In this document: positions 1-9,093 of the stretch, in pieces
Layout: every line of letters begins with the position of its first letter
Position numbering within the stretch: the first letter of the stretch is position 1
Source: an uncultured Spirochaetia bacterium
GTDB taxonomy: Bacteria > Spirochaetota > UBA6919 > CAYPZJ01
Length of the DNA: 44,255 bases
Reading direction: 5' to 3'
Assembly (NCBI GenBank): GCA_964414635.1
Contig: CAYPZJ010000001.1
Coordinates: forward strand, 1 to 44,255
The notes under the pieces: model-generated
The model's database searches: none
Told to the model about the DNA's origin: nothing
What the model saw: only the letters and a program-made list of their open reading frames with translations
Translations under genes and position numbers: made by a program

Positions 1-617
1 AACAGCATTTAATCATCAACAGGAATCTACCATTTTTTAAATTCGCACCCATCCTGTTTCATATAGCACCCTAAAGGATATAGTTCCGATGTTTTTAACT
101 AATAACCTTGTCCTTATGGGCAAGTTGTGATACAGCATTGTAGCGAATACTTGTTAAAACAACAAATTCATCCTGGTTTCGCGCTTGCTAAATAACGATC
201 AATATTCAGTCGTCAGCGAGATCCCTAGAAATCTGGCAAAAATCTCATCACTTAATTTAAATCGTTTACAACCGGGTTACACATTTCCATGGAAAGAATG
301 CAATATCTTAAAGTAGCAAGGTAGACACGGAGATACGTCCCTACGGTTGATTCTGATAAGGATCAAGCTCTGTATTGACCCCATTGTATATTTTTATCTA
401 AAGAGACCGAAACCCATACAATCATCTAAAACAAAAATATGATCAAAAAACAAAAAACTGGTTGCAAGATTTTCATGGTATGTTATATTATCAAATTGGG
501 TGGCGTACATGGTACTCCAAGATTGTACCAATGTTAGGCATGGTGTAGTATCATAGTAATCTAACGCTCTTGCGTAGATTAATTTACGCAAAAGAATATG
601 AATCCAAAGGATTAATT

Positions 618-2498
618 ATGCGACTTCCATTCATTTTTATTAACAGTTTGATCTTGTTTCTATTTCTTATGAGCCTTTTTTGTACACAAGCAAGTATTTT
701 TGAGTATTTCCATCTTCCTGATGCCGAATCATCCTCTGTAATAGCGACAACATCCGTATCAACCGGCAATAAGACTTCATCATCTCAATACTCGCAGATC
801 TCCTCATCCTCGAGTATTCAACCCGTATCTTATGATGTTACGCCGGATACTGGCACCTTATTGCTACCAACGGGTTCCATTACACTTATTTTTTCAGAAA
901 CTATGAATACAACGGTTCTAACCACTACTGGTGATTTAGCAACAGAAATTGGTGGTACTTCCGTAGGAATCCAATGGCAAAAAACCACATTTCCCGAGGA
1001 TACACTGATCATCTCACCTGAAGTAAGCTGGAGCGAGGGAGTCGATCGCCAATTATCACTTGAAGTGCAAGGGATCAATCAATCGGTCACAACAACAATT
1101 ACATTAACCTATATAGTAGACAATACCGCGCCAACCGTACAACCTGTTCCTGAACCCTTTGTTCCGTTACTCCCTACCGAATCACTATTGTTTAAATTTT
1201 CAGAATCCATAGATCAGAGTACGGTTTCAATAGTTACCGTAGGATCGTTGTCGAATGCCGAATCTACCTGGTCATCGGATATCCAAACCAATGATACCTT
1301 AACCTTGACTCCATCGGCTGCAACATGGGGTAGTGGAGCGGGGACCGTTACGGTATCTTTTTCTGATTTATATGGAAACCAAGTAACAGATAAAATCTTT
1401 GAGTTTACCGTAACCGATGATGTAATATATGTAAATGATGATGCAACCGGAGGTAATGGCTCGATTATAGATCCCTATGATTCAATTCAAAGCGCAATCA
1501 CTGCTGCGGGTACACCGGTGCAGTCGATTTCTATTTTTGTCGCGCAAGGTACCTACATGGAAGATATTCAAGTATCTGTCGATAATATTTCTATTTACGG
1601 TGGGTTCGCAGAAGATTTCTCCCATCGTTCTCAAGATCCTTCATTGACTACGATCCAGAGTAGTGGGGGGAGTTCTGCAGTATTAATTGAAAATGTAAGT
1701 TCTGGTAATTCATTCGATGGGTTTTCGGTATACGCCTCTTCCAGCTCTTCGAATCATGCCTTGCGTATTGTGAATTCTGCTATACATGTTCAACACTGCG
1801 TACTATCTGGTGGAATGGGAGGGAATTCCTTTGGGATTAAAATAGAAAGCTCTGATCCTGCTCCTGCGCTTAGGTATAATGTGATTGATGGAGGGGAAGG
1901 ATCCAGTTATTCTCGAGCGATTGATACCAATGTAGCTCCTGCAATCATCCAAAATAACCGAATTATTGCAGGACGAAGCAACACCCAAACCGTGGGTATC
2001 TATGTATACGATACCAATGCACTAATCCAGAATAACATGATTTATTGTGAACATTCAGCACCTTTTCAAGGAATCTATCTGGATTCACCGGGACCCACCA
2101 ATATTGAACCAACGATAGAAAATAATCTCATTTTTAGCACGAGTGGGCATGCTGAAACCTATGGGATCATCGAAAGCGATATGTATTCTGATTTTCCATC
2201 CGTTAGAGCACAAAATATCTTTGGGTGTACATACCTCTACCATGATTATACAGAAGGATTAAAAACAAATTTAAGTGATACCATCAGTGTTGTAGGAGGT
2301 TCCTATACGCTTAATACCTTATTGTTTATCAATGAAACACTGGGAACCATAGATTCAGAAGGTTATTACACTGGTAATTTTGATGGATTAACGTTTCACA
2401 TTGGGGGAGTATTTATCGCAGGCGTTATCGATGATTTTAACCATACGCCACGTACGGATCCATTATCAATTGGACCCTACGAATATGATGCCCCGTAA
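618..2498 (+). CDS. Secreted surface protein: 2 SbsA-type Ig-like domains + right-handed parallel beta-helix (DUF1565/pectate-lyase fold)
   Basis: The track ORF opens with TTG at 570. The in-frame ATG at 618 has AAAGGA 7 nt upstream and starts a signal peptide (MRLPFIFINSLILFLFLMSLFCTQA). Two '..FSE.M/ID..T' Ig-like modules are followed by the beta-helix cap 'VIYVNDDATGGNGSIIDPYDSIQSAITAAG' and repeated 'I.NN.I' rungs. Confidence 0.8.
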   Translation: MRLPFIFINSLILFLFLMSLFCTQASIFEYFHLPDAESSSVIATTSVSTGNKTSSSQYSQISSSSSIQPVSYDVTPDTGTLLLPTGSITLIFSETMNTTVLTTTGDLATEIGGTSVGIQWQKTTFPEDTLIISPEVSWSEGVDRQLSLEVQGINQSVTTTITLTYIVDNTAPTVQPVPEPFVPLLPTESLLFKFSESIDQSTVSIVTVGSLSNAESTWSSDIQTNDTLTLTPSAATWGSGAGTVTVSFSDLYGNQVTDKIFEFTVTDDVIYVNDDATGGNGSIIDPYDSIQSAITAAGTPVQSISIFVAQGTYMEDIQVSVDNISIYGGFAEDFSHRSQDPSLTTIQSSGGSSAVLIENVSSGNSFDGFSVYASSSSSNHALRIVNSAIHVQHCVLSGGMGGNSFGIKIESSDPAPALRYNVIDGGEGSSYSRAIDTNVAPAIIQNNRIIAGRSNTQTVGIYVYDTNALIQNNMIYCEHSAPFQGIYLDSPGPTNIEPTIENNLIFSTSGHAETYGIIESDMYSDFPSVRAQNIFGCTYLYHDYTEGLKTNLSDTISVVGGSYTLNTLLFINETLGTIDSEGYYTGNFDGLTFHIGGVFIAGVIDDFNHTPRTDPLSIGPYEYDAP

Positions 2499-2499
2499 A

Positions 2500-3570
2500 C
2501 TAAGGGATGGTTCGTAACACCGTATATCGTAATCCTATTGTAAGTAACAAAAGCATAAGTGCGGCGATAACAAAATAAAAGAACAGCTCTGATGTTTTGG
2601 TTTGAACCATCCGAGTATCAATGATCGAGGTTTCCAGCGCGTCAATGGTTCGATATACTTCTTGAAGATCTTCTTCACTTACCGCTCGAAAAAAACGTCC
2701 ACCTGTTGATGATGCAATACGTTTCAGAATATCTTCTTGCAGTATCTCTGTGTTTGATTGCAGCTGATAGATATGGCTTTGATTAGGAAGGGGAACCATA
2801 ACATGTTCTTTATCACCGATGCCAATGGTATATATTTTTATCCCTCGTTTGGCTGCTTCTTTTGCTACTTCTTCGGGATCCTTGCCTTTGTTAGAATTTC
2901 CGTCTGTCAGTAAAATAATCACCTTGGATTGTGCAGGTGAACTTTCCAATCCCACCATTGCCATTCCTAATCCATCACCGATAGCTGTTTTTCCAGTTCC
3001 ACCAATATAATCAAAGTCGGCTTTTTTCAATTCATTAATCAATGATAACCGTGAAGTTGTTAGAGGAACCAACCGCATTGGGAAGTTAGAAAAAACAATC
3101 AGTCCCATACGATCGTTAGTACGACGATGAATAAAATCTATCAGTACTCGCTTTGCAACGTCAATACGGGGTTCTGCAACTTGTTTTACATCATGATAAA
3201 ACACCGTGAATCCCCGCGCAAACGCTTCCATCCCCATTTTTTCGGGGTCGCCATCTACAAATTGCATACTCCCCGATACATCCAACAAGATTTGTATATC
3301 AATTCCTTTGATAGAAGTTTCATCGTATTTGGGTTCTCCATACTGAGGACGTGCCATTCCTACAACAAGAAGGGTTAAAACAAGCAGATTTAAAATAAAA
3401 AGCAGATGACGTCTAATAAACGATACGTCGGCACCGATCTTTTTTAACATAAAAACGGTGGAAAAACGAAACCGTCCGGTATGGCGTCGGTAGATCACGT
3501 ACCGAACTAGAATAAGCAAAGGGACCAACCCTAAAAGAAATAACCAGCCCCAATGTAAAAAGTAAAACAA
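2500..3570 (-). CDS. batA: VWA-domain membrane protein, BatA-like
   Basis: Has an N-terminal TM region (FLHWGWLFLLGLVPLLILV), the MIDAS motif DVSGSM, a VWA core (ILLTDGNSN) and a C-terminal TM. The start is TTG at 3570, with a GGGGGA SD inside the end of the upstream gene. It is the last gene of the MoxR-DUF58 operon. Confidence 0.88.
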   Translation of the reverse strand: MFYFLHWGWLFLLGLVPLLILVRYVIYRRHTGRFRFSTVFMLKKIGADVSFIRRHLLFILNLLVLTLLVVGMARPQYGEPKYDETSIKGIDIQILLDVSGSMQFVDGDPEKMGMEAFARGFTVFYHDVKQVAEPRIDVAKRVLIDFIHRRTNDRMGLIVFSNFPMRLVPLTTSRLSLINELKKADFDYIGGTGKTAIGDGLGMAMVGLESSPAQSKVIILLTDGNSNKGKDPEEVAKEAAKRGIKIYTIGIGDKEHVMVPLPNQSHIYQLQSNTEILQEDILKRIASSTGGRFFRAVSEEDLQEVYRTIDALETSIIDTRMVQTKTSELFFYFVIAALMLLLLTIGLRYTVLRTIP

Positions 3571-3572
3571 CG

Positions 3573-4880
3573 TTATTCCCCCTTTGTTTGGGAAGATGCA
3601 GAAGCAGCAGGATGGGTTACCAATTCGGGACGCTCCATCCGTTGTACAATATCCATCCCCCGTTGATAGGTTAAGTCAATTTCATCTGAATTCGGAATCA
3701 CTTTCGCAAATTTCACCATATCACAGGTTTCTAAAAACTGCATAATCTTTGTCTGGTGATCTGATTCAACTCCTCGAAGTTTCAATAAACCAGGAACCCG
3801 CTGCGTTGTTGTTTCCATAATAAAGATACGGAAGGTTCTACTTAAAAATCGTCGGATAATAATCGATAATTCCACATGAAATTCCTTTATTTCCCCTGAT
3901 GCCAGCAGCTCGGATTGTATCAACGTTCGCATCTCCTCCATGGCTATCTCATAGGGTGTTCGAAGATGCCCATAGACACGAGTTTTGACTCCATATTTCA
4001 GTATCAGAAATAGGATGAGTGTAATCACGCCTAAAATAACTCCAGCAAGTAAAACGTAAAACAATGGTGAATTCCAGAATGTATGAGGATTCTCTATATA
4101 AGGTGATAGAGGAAGTGGTTGGGCGTTTTCTTGTAGCTTCAATTGCCGCAGATGCAGAGTCGCAGCAGGTACAAATGTCTGTTTTTTCATGCCTCCGCTA
4201 GTATATACAACATGAAGAGTACGGATATGAAACAATCGATAATCAAATATCCGTACTTGACAGCGAACGGTAAGCATTCTGTTTTTCTGTGCATCGGTAT
4301 GTTGGGAGATATGATACTGCGCTCCATCGGCATACGGGATGATTTCTAATTCGTAGGGAGGTTCTTCAGGGAATGGGGGAATTTCTACAGGTAACGGTTC
4401 TGCTAAGGGCGTCGTTTCAGATTCCACATCGGCATCGTTTTGATCTTCATTCGCCGGGAATTCATCAGATGGTTGTACACTCGAATTCGTCTCTAAAGGA
4501 ATAGTAGCCTCCTCGTTTTCATCGACACCACCGGATGGCACTTCATCAGTTTGTTCTTCCATTTGCGATTCAGAATCTGTTTTGGGATGTACCCACTCGT
4601 ATGGAATATCCGCACGGGTAAATAGATTCAGCACATCCCATGACTCATTGGGTTTCATGGGGATGGATGGGGATAGCGACACCAATTTTTCATAGGGAGA
4701 TAATTGAATCGTAAAAGTCAGCTCAATAAGGGAGCCGGGAACGGTTCCTAAACCTTCTGCCCCGATTTCTATATCAAGGGACCATCCCATCGTAACACTA
4801 CAAACAAGCAACCATGTAGTCAGTATCCAACGGAGGGAATGGAAACCAAGATAGCGCTTAACCGTACAAACCATGTTCAA
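3573..4880 (-). CDS. Membrane protein: exported BatD-like N-domain, acidic Glu/Asp/Pro linker, one TM, DUF4381-like cytoplasmic tail
   Basis: 435-aa ORF with AAGGAG upstream of a TTG start at 4880 (alternative ATG at 4874). It has a signal/TM at the N-terminus and a central TM (LFYVLLAGVILGVITLILFLIL). The tail '...TTTQRV..LLKL...IMQFLETCDMVKFAKV' fits the DUF4381 pattern. It lies between the DUF58 and VWA genes, as in Bat operons. The domain names are assigned by pattern recognition only. Confidence 0.7.
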   Translation of the reverse strand: MNMVCTVKRYLGFHSLRWILTTWLLVCSVTMGWSLDIEIGAEGLGTVPGSLIELTFTIQLSPYEKLVSLSPSIPMKPNESWDVLNLFTRADIPYEWVHPKTDSESQMEEQTDEVPSGGVDENEEATIPLETNSSVQPSDEFPANEDQNDADVESETTPLAEPLPVEIPPFPEEPPYELEIIPYADGAQYHISQHTDAQKNRMLTVRCQVRIFDYRLFHIRTLHVVYTSGGMKKQTFVPAATLHLRQLKLQENAQPLPLSPYIENPHTFWNSPLFYVLLAGVILGVITLILFLILKYGVKTRVYGHLRTPYEIAMEEMRTLIQSELLASGEIKEFHVELSIIIRRFLSRTFRIFIMETTTQRVPGLLKLRGVESDHQTKIMQFLETCDMVKFAKVIPNSDEIDLTYQRGMDIVQRMERPELVTHPAASASSQTKGE

Positions 4881-4886
4881 ACTACT

Positions 4887-5765
4887 TTATCTCCTTCGGG
4901 AACGTTGTTTAAAAAAGCGTATGAGGGGTAACAAATATGGTTTATGGGTTTGAAGTTTAATGGAATCGATTTTTAATAATTGCATAACACCCAATCGTTC
5001 CTGTTCCATCTGTACAATACCTTTTTCATATGCATGTTTCATTTTCTGACTGTTGGTGTCTACCACCACGATTTCTCCGGTTTCGGGATCCACCACCTCG
5101 ATCATCCCAACTTCTGGGAGGATATGTTCCATTTGATCTTCAATGTGGATCGCTACAAAATCATGCTTATATGCTGCCATTTTTAAGGATTTTTGATAAT
5201 CCAAGGGAGAAAGAAAATCCGACACAAAAAAAACGATTGCTTTTCTTTTGAGGACACGATTTAGATATTCTAAAGCCTGGTTGATATCCGTACGAGTTCC
5301 TTGCACTTTGGGTTTAGCAATTTCGCGGATAATGCGTAGGACATGATTTCGGCTTTTTTGAGGGGGTAGAAATAACTCTATTTCATCGGTGAAAATTAAT
5401 AAAGCAACCTTGTCCTTGTTCTGAAGTGCGGAAAAAGCTAAACAGGCGGATACCTCCAACGCTAAATCTTGCTTGGTACGTCCCTGGGTCCCAAATTGTT
5501 GGGAAGCGGATGCATCGATCGCAATGACCACCGTTAGCTCGCGTTCTTCGGTATACCGTTTTACATACGCCTGGTCGGAACGTGCTGTAACATTCCAATC
5601 GATGTTTTTAATATCATCACCGGGTGTATATTCCGCTACTTCCTCAAATTCCATTCCCTGCCCACGAAATACACTGTGATAATCCCCCGCTAGCATCCCT
5701 TGGACAATTTTCTTGGTATGGATTTCAATCCTACGAATTCGCTTGAGTAAATCGGATTGTTCCAT
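4887..5765 (-). CDS. DUF58 domain protein (MoxR-associated, VWA-like)
   Basis: Carries the signature 'FRGQGMEFEEVAEYTPGDDIKNIDWNVTAR' and 'VIAIDASASQ'. Its ATG overlaps the MoxR stop codon (TAATG), which suggests translational coupling. Confidence 0.9.
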   Translation of the reverse strand: MEQSDLLKRIRRIEIHTKKIVQGMLAGDYHSVFRGQGMEFEEVAEYTPGDDIKNIDWNVTARSDQAYVKRYTEERELTVVIAIDASASQQFGTQGRTKQDLALEVSACLAFSALQNKDKVALLIFTDEIELFLPPQKSRNHVLRIIREIAKPKVQGTRTDINQALEYLNRVLKRKAIVFFVSDFLSPLDYQKSLKMAAYKHDFVAIHIEDQMEHILPEVGMIEVVDPETGEIVVVDTNSQKMKHAYEKGIVQMEQERLGVMQLLKIDSIKLQTHKPYLLPLIRFFKQRSRRR

Positions 5766-6748
5766 TAAGGTACCTCAACTGTATTGAATATCCGTTGAAT
5801 GATTTCATCCGCATCCTTATCTTCCGCTTCGGCTTCATAGCTTAATATAATCCGATGGCGCAGCACATCAGCCCCGATTACACGAATATCTTCAGGAGTG
5901 ACATATCCACGTCCTTGGAGAAATGCTCGAGCTTTCCCTGCCAAGGCTAAAAAGATGGACGCTCGAGGGGATGCCCCATACGTGATTAAATCCGGGTCAA
6001 TTTTATAATCTTGGGGATAACGGGATGCTGCAACAATATCCAAAATATAGTCCACAACCTTTTCATCAATGTATATTTGTTTTATTAAATCACGCAGCTG
6101 CAGCACTTTTTCCATACTAATAACCGGTTGGATTTCATGCAAACCTTCCTCCACCACATGTTTGACAATCACCTTTTCCTCTTCTTTTGTTGGATAAGTG
6201 ATTTTCAATTTCAACATAAACCGGTCCACTTGTGCTTCAGGAAGGGGATACGTTCCCTCTTGCTCAATGGGATTTTCCGTTGCCAATACAATGAATGGTT
6301 CTTGAAGCTGGAATGTCGTATCACCAATGGTTACCTGCCGTTCCTGCATACACTCTAACAGGGCGCTTTGTACTTTGGAAGGCGCTCGGTTGATCTCATC
6401 AGCAAGAAGAATATTGGTGAAGATGGGCCCTTTCTTTGTTGTGAAATCACCTGTTTTCTGGTTATAAATTAGGGTTCCAATTAAATCAGCAGGGAGTAGA
6501 TCCGGTGTAAACTGTATTCGTTTGGAATCTGCACTGATAGCTTTCGCCAAACTCGTTACCGTCAACGTTTTCGCAAGACCGGGAACTCCTTCGATGAGAA
6601 CATGTCCGTTAGTAAACAACGTAATCAACAACCGATCGATCATTTCCTGTTGTCCTACAATTACTTTCCCAATTTCTGTCTTTACCTTTTGGACGTGCTC
6701 CATTTCTTGATTTACTTGATCGTTCAAACGTGAAATATCAATGTCCAT
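5765..6748 (-). CDS. MoxR-family AAA+ ATPase
   Basis: Walker A 'EGVPGLAKT', Walker B 'ILLADEINRAPSKVQSALLECMQERQVT' and 'VLATENP' match the AAA_3/MoxR family. A strong SD (GAGGAGA) sits upstream of the ATG at 6748. Confidence 0.95.
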   Translation of the reverse strand: MDIDISRLNDQVNQEMEHVQKVKTEIGKVIVGQQEMIDRLLITLFTNGHVLIEGVPGLAKTLTVTSLAKAISADSKRIQFTPDLLPADLIGTLIYNQKTGDFTTKKGPIFTNILLADEINRAPSKVQSALLECMQERQVTIGDTTFQLQEPFIVLATENPIEQEGTYPLPEAQVDRFMLKLKITYPTKEEEKVIVKHVVEEGLHEIQPVISMEKVLQLRDLIKQIYIDEKVVDYILDIVAASRYPQDYKIDPDLITYGASPRASIFLALAGKARAFLQGRGYVTPEDIRVIGADVLRHRIILSYEAEAEDKDADEIIQRIFNTVEVP

Positions 6749-6823
6749 GGTTTCTCCTCATCTGGTGGTTCGGGTATTCGTCTGACTTGGGATTCCCCAT
6801 CCTGAATACCACGAACAGCATTT

Positions 6824-7762
6824 CTATAATACAAAAAGAACTGTTTTTACTTCATTTTCCAGGTGTTCCAAATCCTGAGTCGTCATCCGCTGCTTTCCAT
6901 ACTGAAGGTTGTCTAGTAACATAAAGAATTTGGTAACCCCCTCCTTGATCTGATCATCATACTGCTTCAATTTAAAAAAATCTTCCAAGCGACGTACCTG
7001 TGCTTTGCGCAAAATGAATTGGGTGATGAGCATACGAGTAATAGGAATCAAATGTTTAAGTCCCCGTCGGGTTTTGTGAACTTTTGCTTCTAGGAATTTC
7101 TGATAAATTCGTTCTGGATAATCTTCGGGTAGTTCATCCCCTTGTTCAATGATACGTTGCTTCCGGATGATGGCTAGATAATAAATAATAAGAACAATGA
7201 AAACAGCGCATAAGAGGGATCCCAGGATCATACCAATCGTAGTAATAATTTGTATGGTAAGCGGATGGGTTACTCCCAGCTGCTTAATGTGGCTGGTGGT
7301 CCGGATGGAAAGTTCGGTATTCAGCTGTCTGATATTTTCTTCCGTCACTTCTAAATTCCGAGTAACCATCACTTTCCGGAGTTTCTCTAATTTAGGAGAG
7401 AAAATAAGATCAATTCCTGGTAGCTCCATAAAGCCACTTGGTTCATCGTCGTCTACATAAATCGTATACACCAACTGGATCTGTTCAGCTGGACGATCTT
7501 GTTGGATAGCGGTGCTTGTATAAACATCAATATCCTGTAAAATGATACCCGGTTTATCGAACTCCGTGGTATAGGTAAAAAAATAGTCCTGGGTATTGAT
7601 CCAGTGGGTTGTGAAAATGATCTGCGTGGTTTCCCCACTCCAAATATATTGATCCGATATGGTTGTTTTACTATCTAAAAGGCGGGGCTCGGAAAGGATG
7701 GAATCATCCTGGGTAATCACCTGCCCACCTAATAACCATAGAATAATGAACATGTACGTCAT
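6824..7762 (-). CDS. Membrane protein with the same architecture as 3573-4880 (exported domain, TM, DUF4381-like tail)
   Basis: The track ORF starts at TTG 7813; the ATG at 7762 begins a signal-like segment (MTYMFIILWLLGG). It has a central TM (IITTIGMILGSLLCAVFIVLIIYYL) and the tail '...LLDNLQYGKQRMT', which parallels '..ETCDMVKFAKV' in the 435-aa protein. It is the first gene of the MoxR operon. Confidence 0.65.
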   Translation of the reverse strand: MTYMFIILWLLGGQVITQDDSILSEPRLLDSKTTISDQYIWSGETTQIIFTTHWINTQDYFFTYTTEFDKPGIILQDIDVYTSTAIQQDRPAEQIQLVYTIYVDDDEPSGFMELPGIDLIFSPKLEKLRKVMVTRNLEVTEENIRQLNTELSIRTTSHIKQLGVTHPLTIQIITTIGMILGSLLCAVFIVLIIYYLAIIRKQRIIEQGDELPEDYPERIYQKFLEAKVHKTRRGLKHLIPITRMLITQFILRKAQVRRLEDFFKLKQYDDQIKEGVTKFFMLLDNLQYGKQRMTTQDLEHLENEVKTVLFVL

Positions 7763-8104
7763 GAATTTTCCGCTTTCTCTTATTCCGAATAGGTTAATCA
7801 GCTCTGCCAACAAGGGTTCGAATACTACTCGTAAACGAACTCAAACCGTGTGTCAAATTGCACAAGCCAAATTTAAACGCGGCGGATGCTTCGGATTGGG
7901 GTTCGTAATCAGAACCATTTCCAAACCAACTCGCTTGTTTTAACACCGATTACCATGCTTTCCTTACAAAAAACCAATTTTCGCACTTTCTTGTATCACG
8001 ACAACTAGAAAACAAATCCCATAGTAAAAAGTAAACATTAATAAGTAGAAAAGGATGTGTATTCAAGTATATCGGTATTGTACCGATTTTATGTATGCGG
8101 AATG

Positions 8105-8177
<73 letters not shown>

Positions 8178-8217
8178 AGTTCGTAGTAAAATATACCATG
8201 ATTCACGAAAAACGTCA

Positions 8218-9081
8218 ATGCCCATAACCATCCGATCCAACGCAAAGCTAAACCTTCATCTGGAAGTAACCGGTACGCTTCCATCAGGGTATCATCTGCT
8301 AGAAACAGTATTCATACCAATTTCCTTTGAAGATACCCTTACGTTTTCCCCCCATCCCTATCCGTTCCTGTTTACTTGTTCTGCAAACCAGTTGGAAACA
8401 GACCACAATCTTATTGTACAAGCCTATAATCAATTATATCCATATTTCCGATCCCATTCCATGGGCGTAGCGATCCATTTAAACAAACGAATTCCAACCG
8501 GTGGAGGATTAGGAGGAGGTTCTAGTAATGCTGCTATGACATTAATCGGGTTAAATCAATATTATCAACTGGGATTGACCCGAGAACAATTAGCAACCTA
8601 TGCAATCCACCTCGGAGCGGATGTCCCTTTCTTTTTGTGGAATACGCCTTGTTTTGCAAAAGGAATTGGAGAACACTTAATTCCACTTTGTACTATAAAA
8701 CAACAGGTTTGGTTTTTCCTAGTATTTCCTGGGATTAAGATTGAAACACGTTGGGCGTATAAGCAGGTGGATCGCTTGTGCTATACACCTGTATTACGGG
8801 AGCAAGCTATTTTTGACGCGATACAAACCGATTGGGATTGGAATACACTGGGTACCCTATTCATCAACCGGTTTGAAGATATTGTTTTTAACCGGTATCC
8901 CCAATTGGGACAAATGCATACATGGTTGAACAACCAACCTGATGTGCTATGTGCTCGTATGACGGGATCCGGGTCTACGTTGTTTGCACTGGTATCCGAA
9001 TATGCTGCATTGGAGTCATTAGCACGAACGTTTCATACAATGTTTCCCGGAGTACGAGTAGGAAGTGCAACCCCATTATAA
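8218..9081 (+). CDS. ispE: 4-(cytidine 5'-diphospho)-2-C-methyl-D-erythritol kinase
   Basis: Has the GHMP-kinase motif 'IPTGGGLGGGSSNAA', an N-terminal 'KLNLHLEV.G....GYH.LETVF' and a C-terminal 'MTGSGSTLFAL'. Both the length and the ATG start are typical of IspE. Confidence 0.92.
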   Translation: MPITIRSNAKLNLHLEVTGTLPSGYHLLETVFIPISFEDTLTFSPHPYPFLFTCSANQLETDHNLIVQAYNQLYPYFRSHSMGVAIHLNKRIPTGGGLGGGSSNAAMTLIGLNQYYQLGLTREQLATYAIHLGADVPFFLWNTPCFAKGIGEHLIPLCTIKQQVWFFLVFPGIKIETRWAYKQVDRLCYTPVLREQAIFDAIQTDWDWNTLGTLFINRFEDIVFNRYPQLGQMHTWLNNQPDVLCARMTGSGSTLFALVSEYAALESLARTFHTMFPGVRVGSATPL

Positions 9082-9093
9082 CCATATTCTGGC

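Noticed and set aside
7814-7910. Two T-loop-like strings (GGGTTCGAATA at 7814-7824, GGGGTTCGTAATC at 7898-7910) as possible tRNA fragments or att-site remnants near tRNA-Thr
   Set aside because: No flanking acceptor or anticodon-arm complementarity can be drawn, and there is no integrase or other island hallmark between or next to the tRNAs. The resemblance is probably chance.
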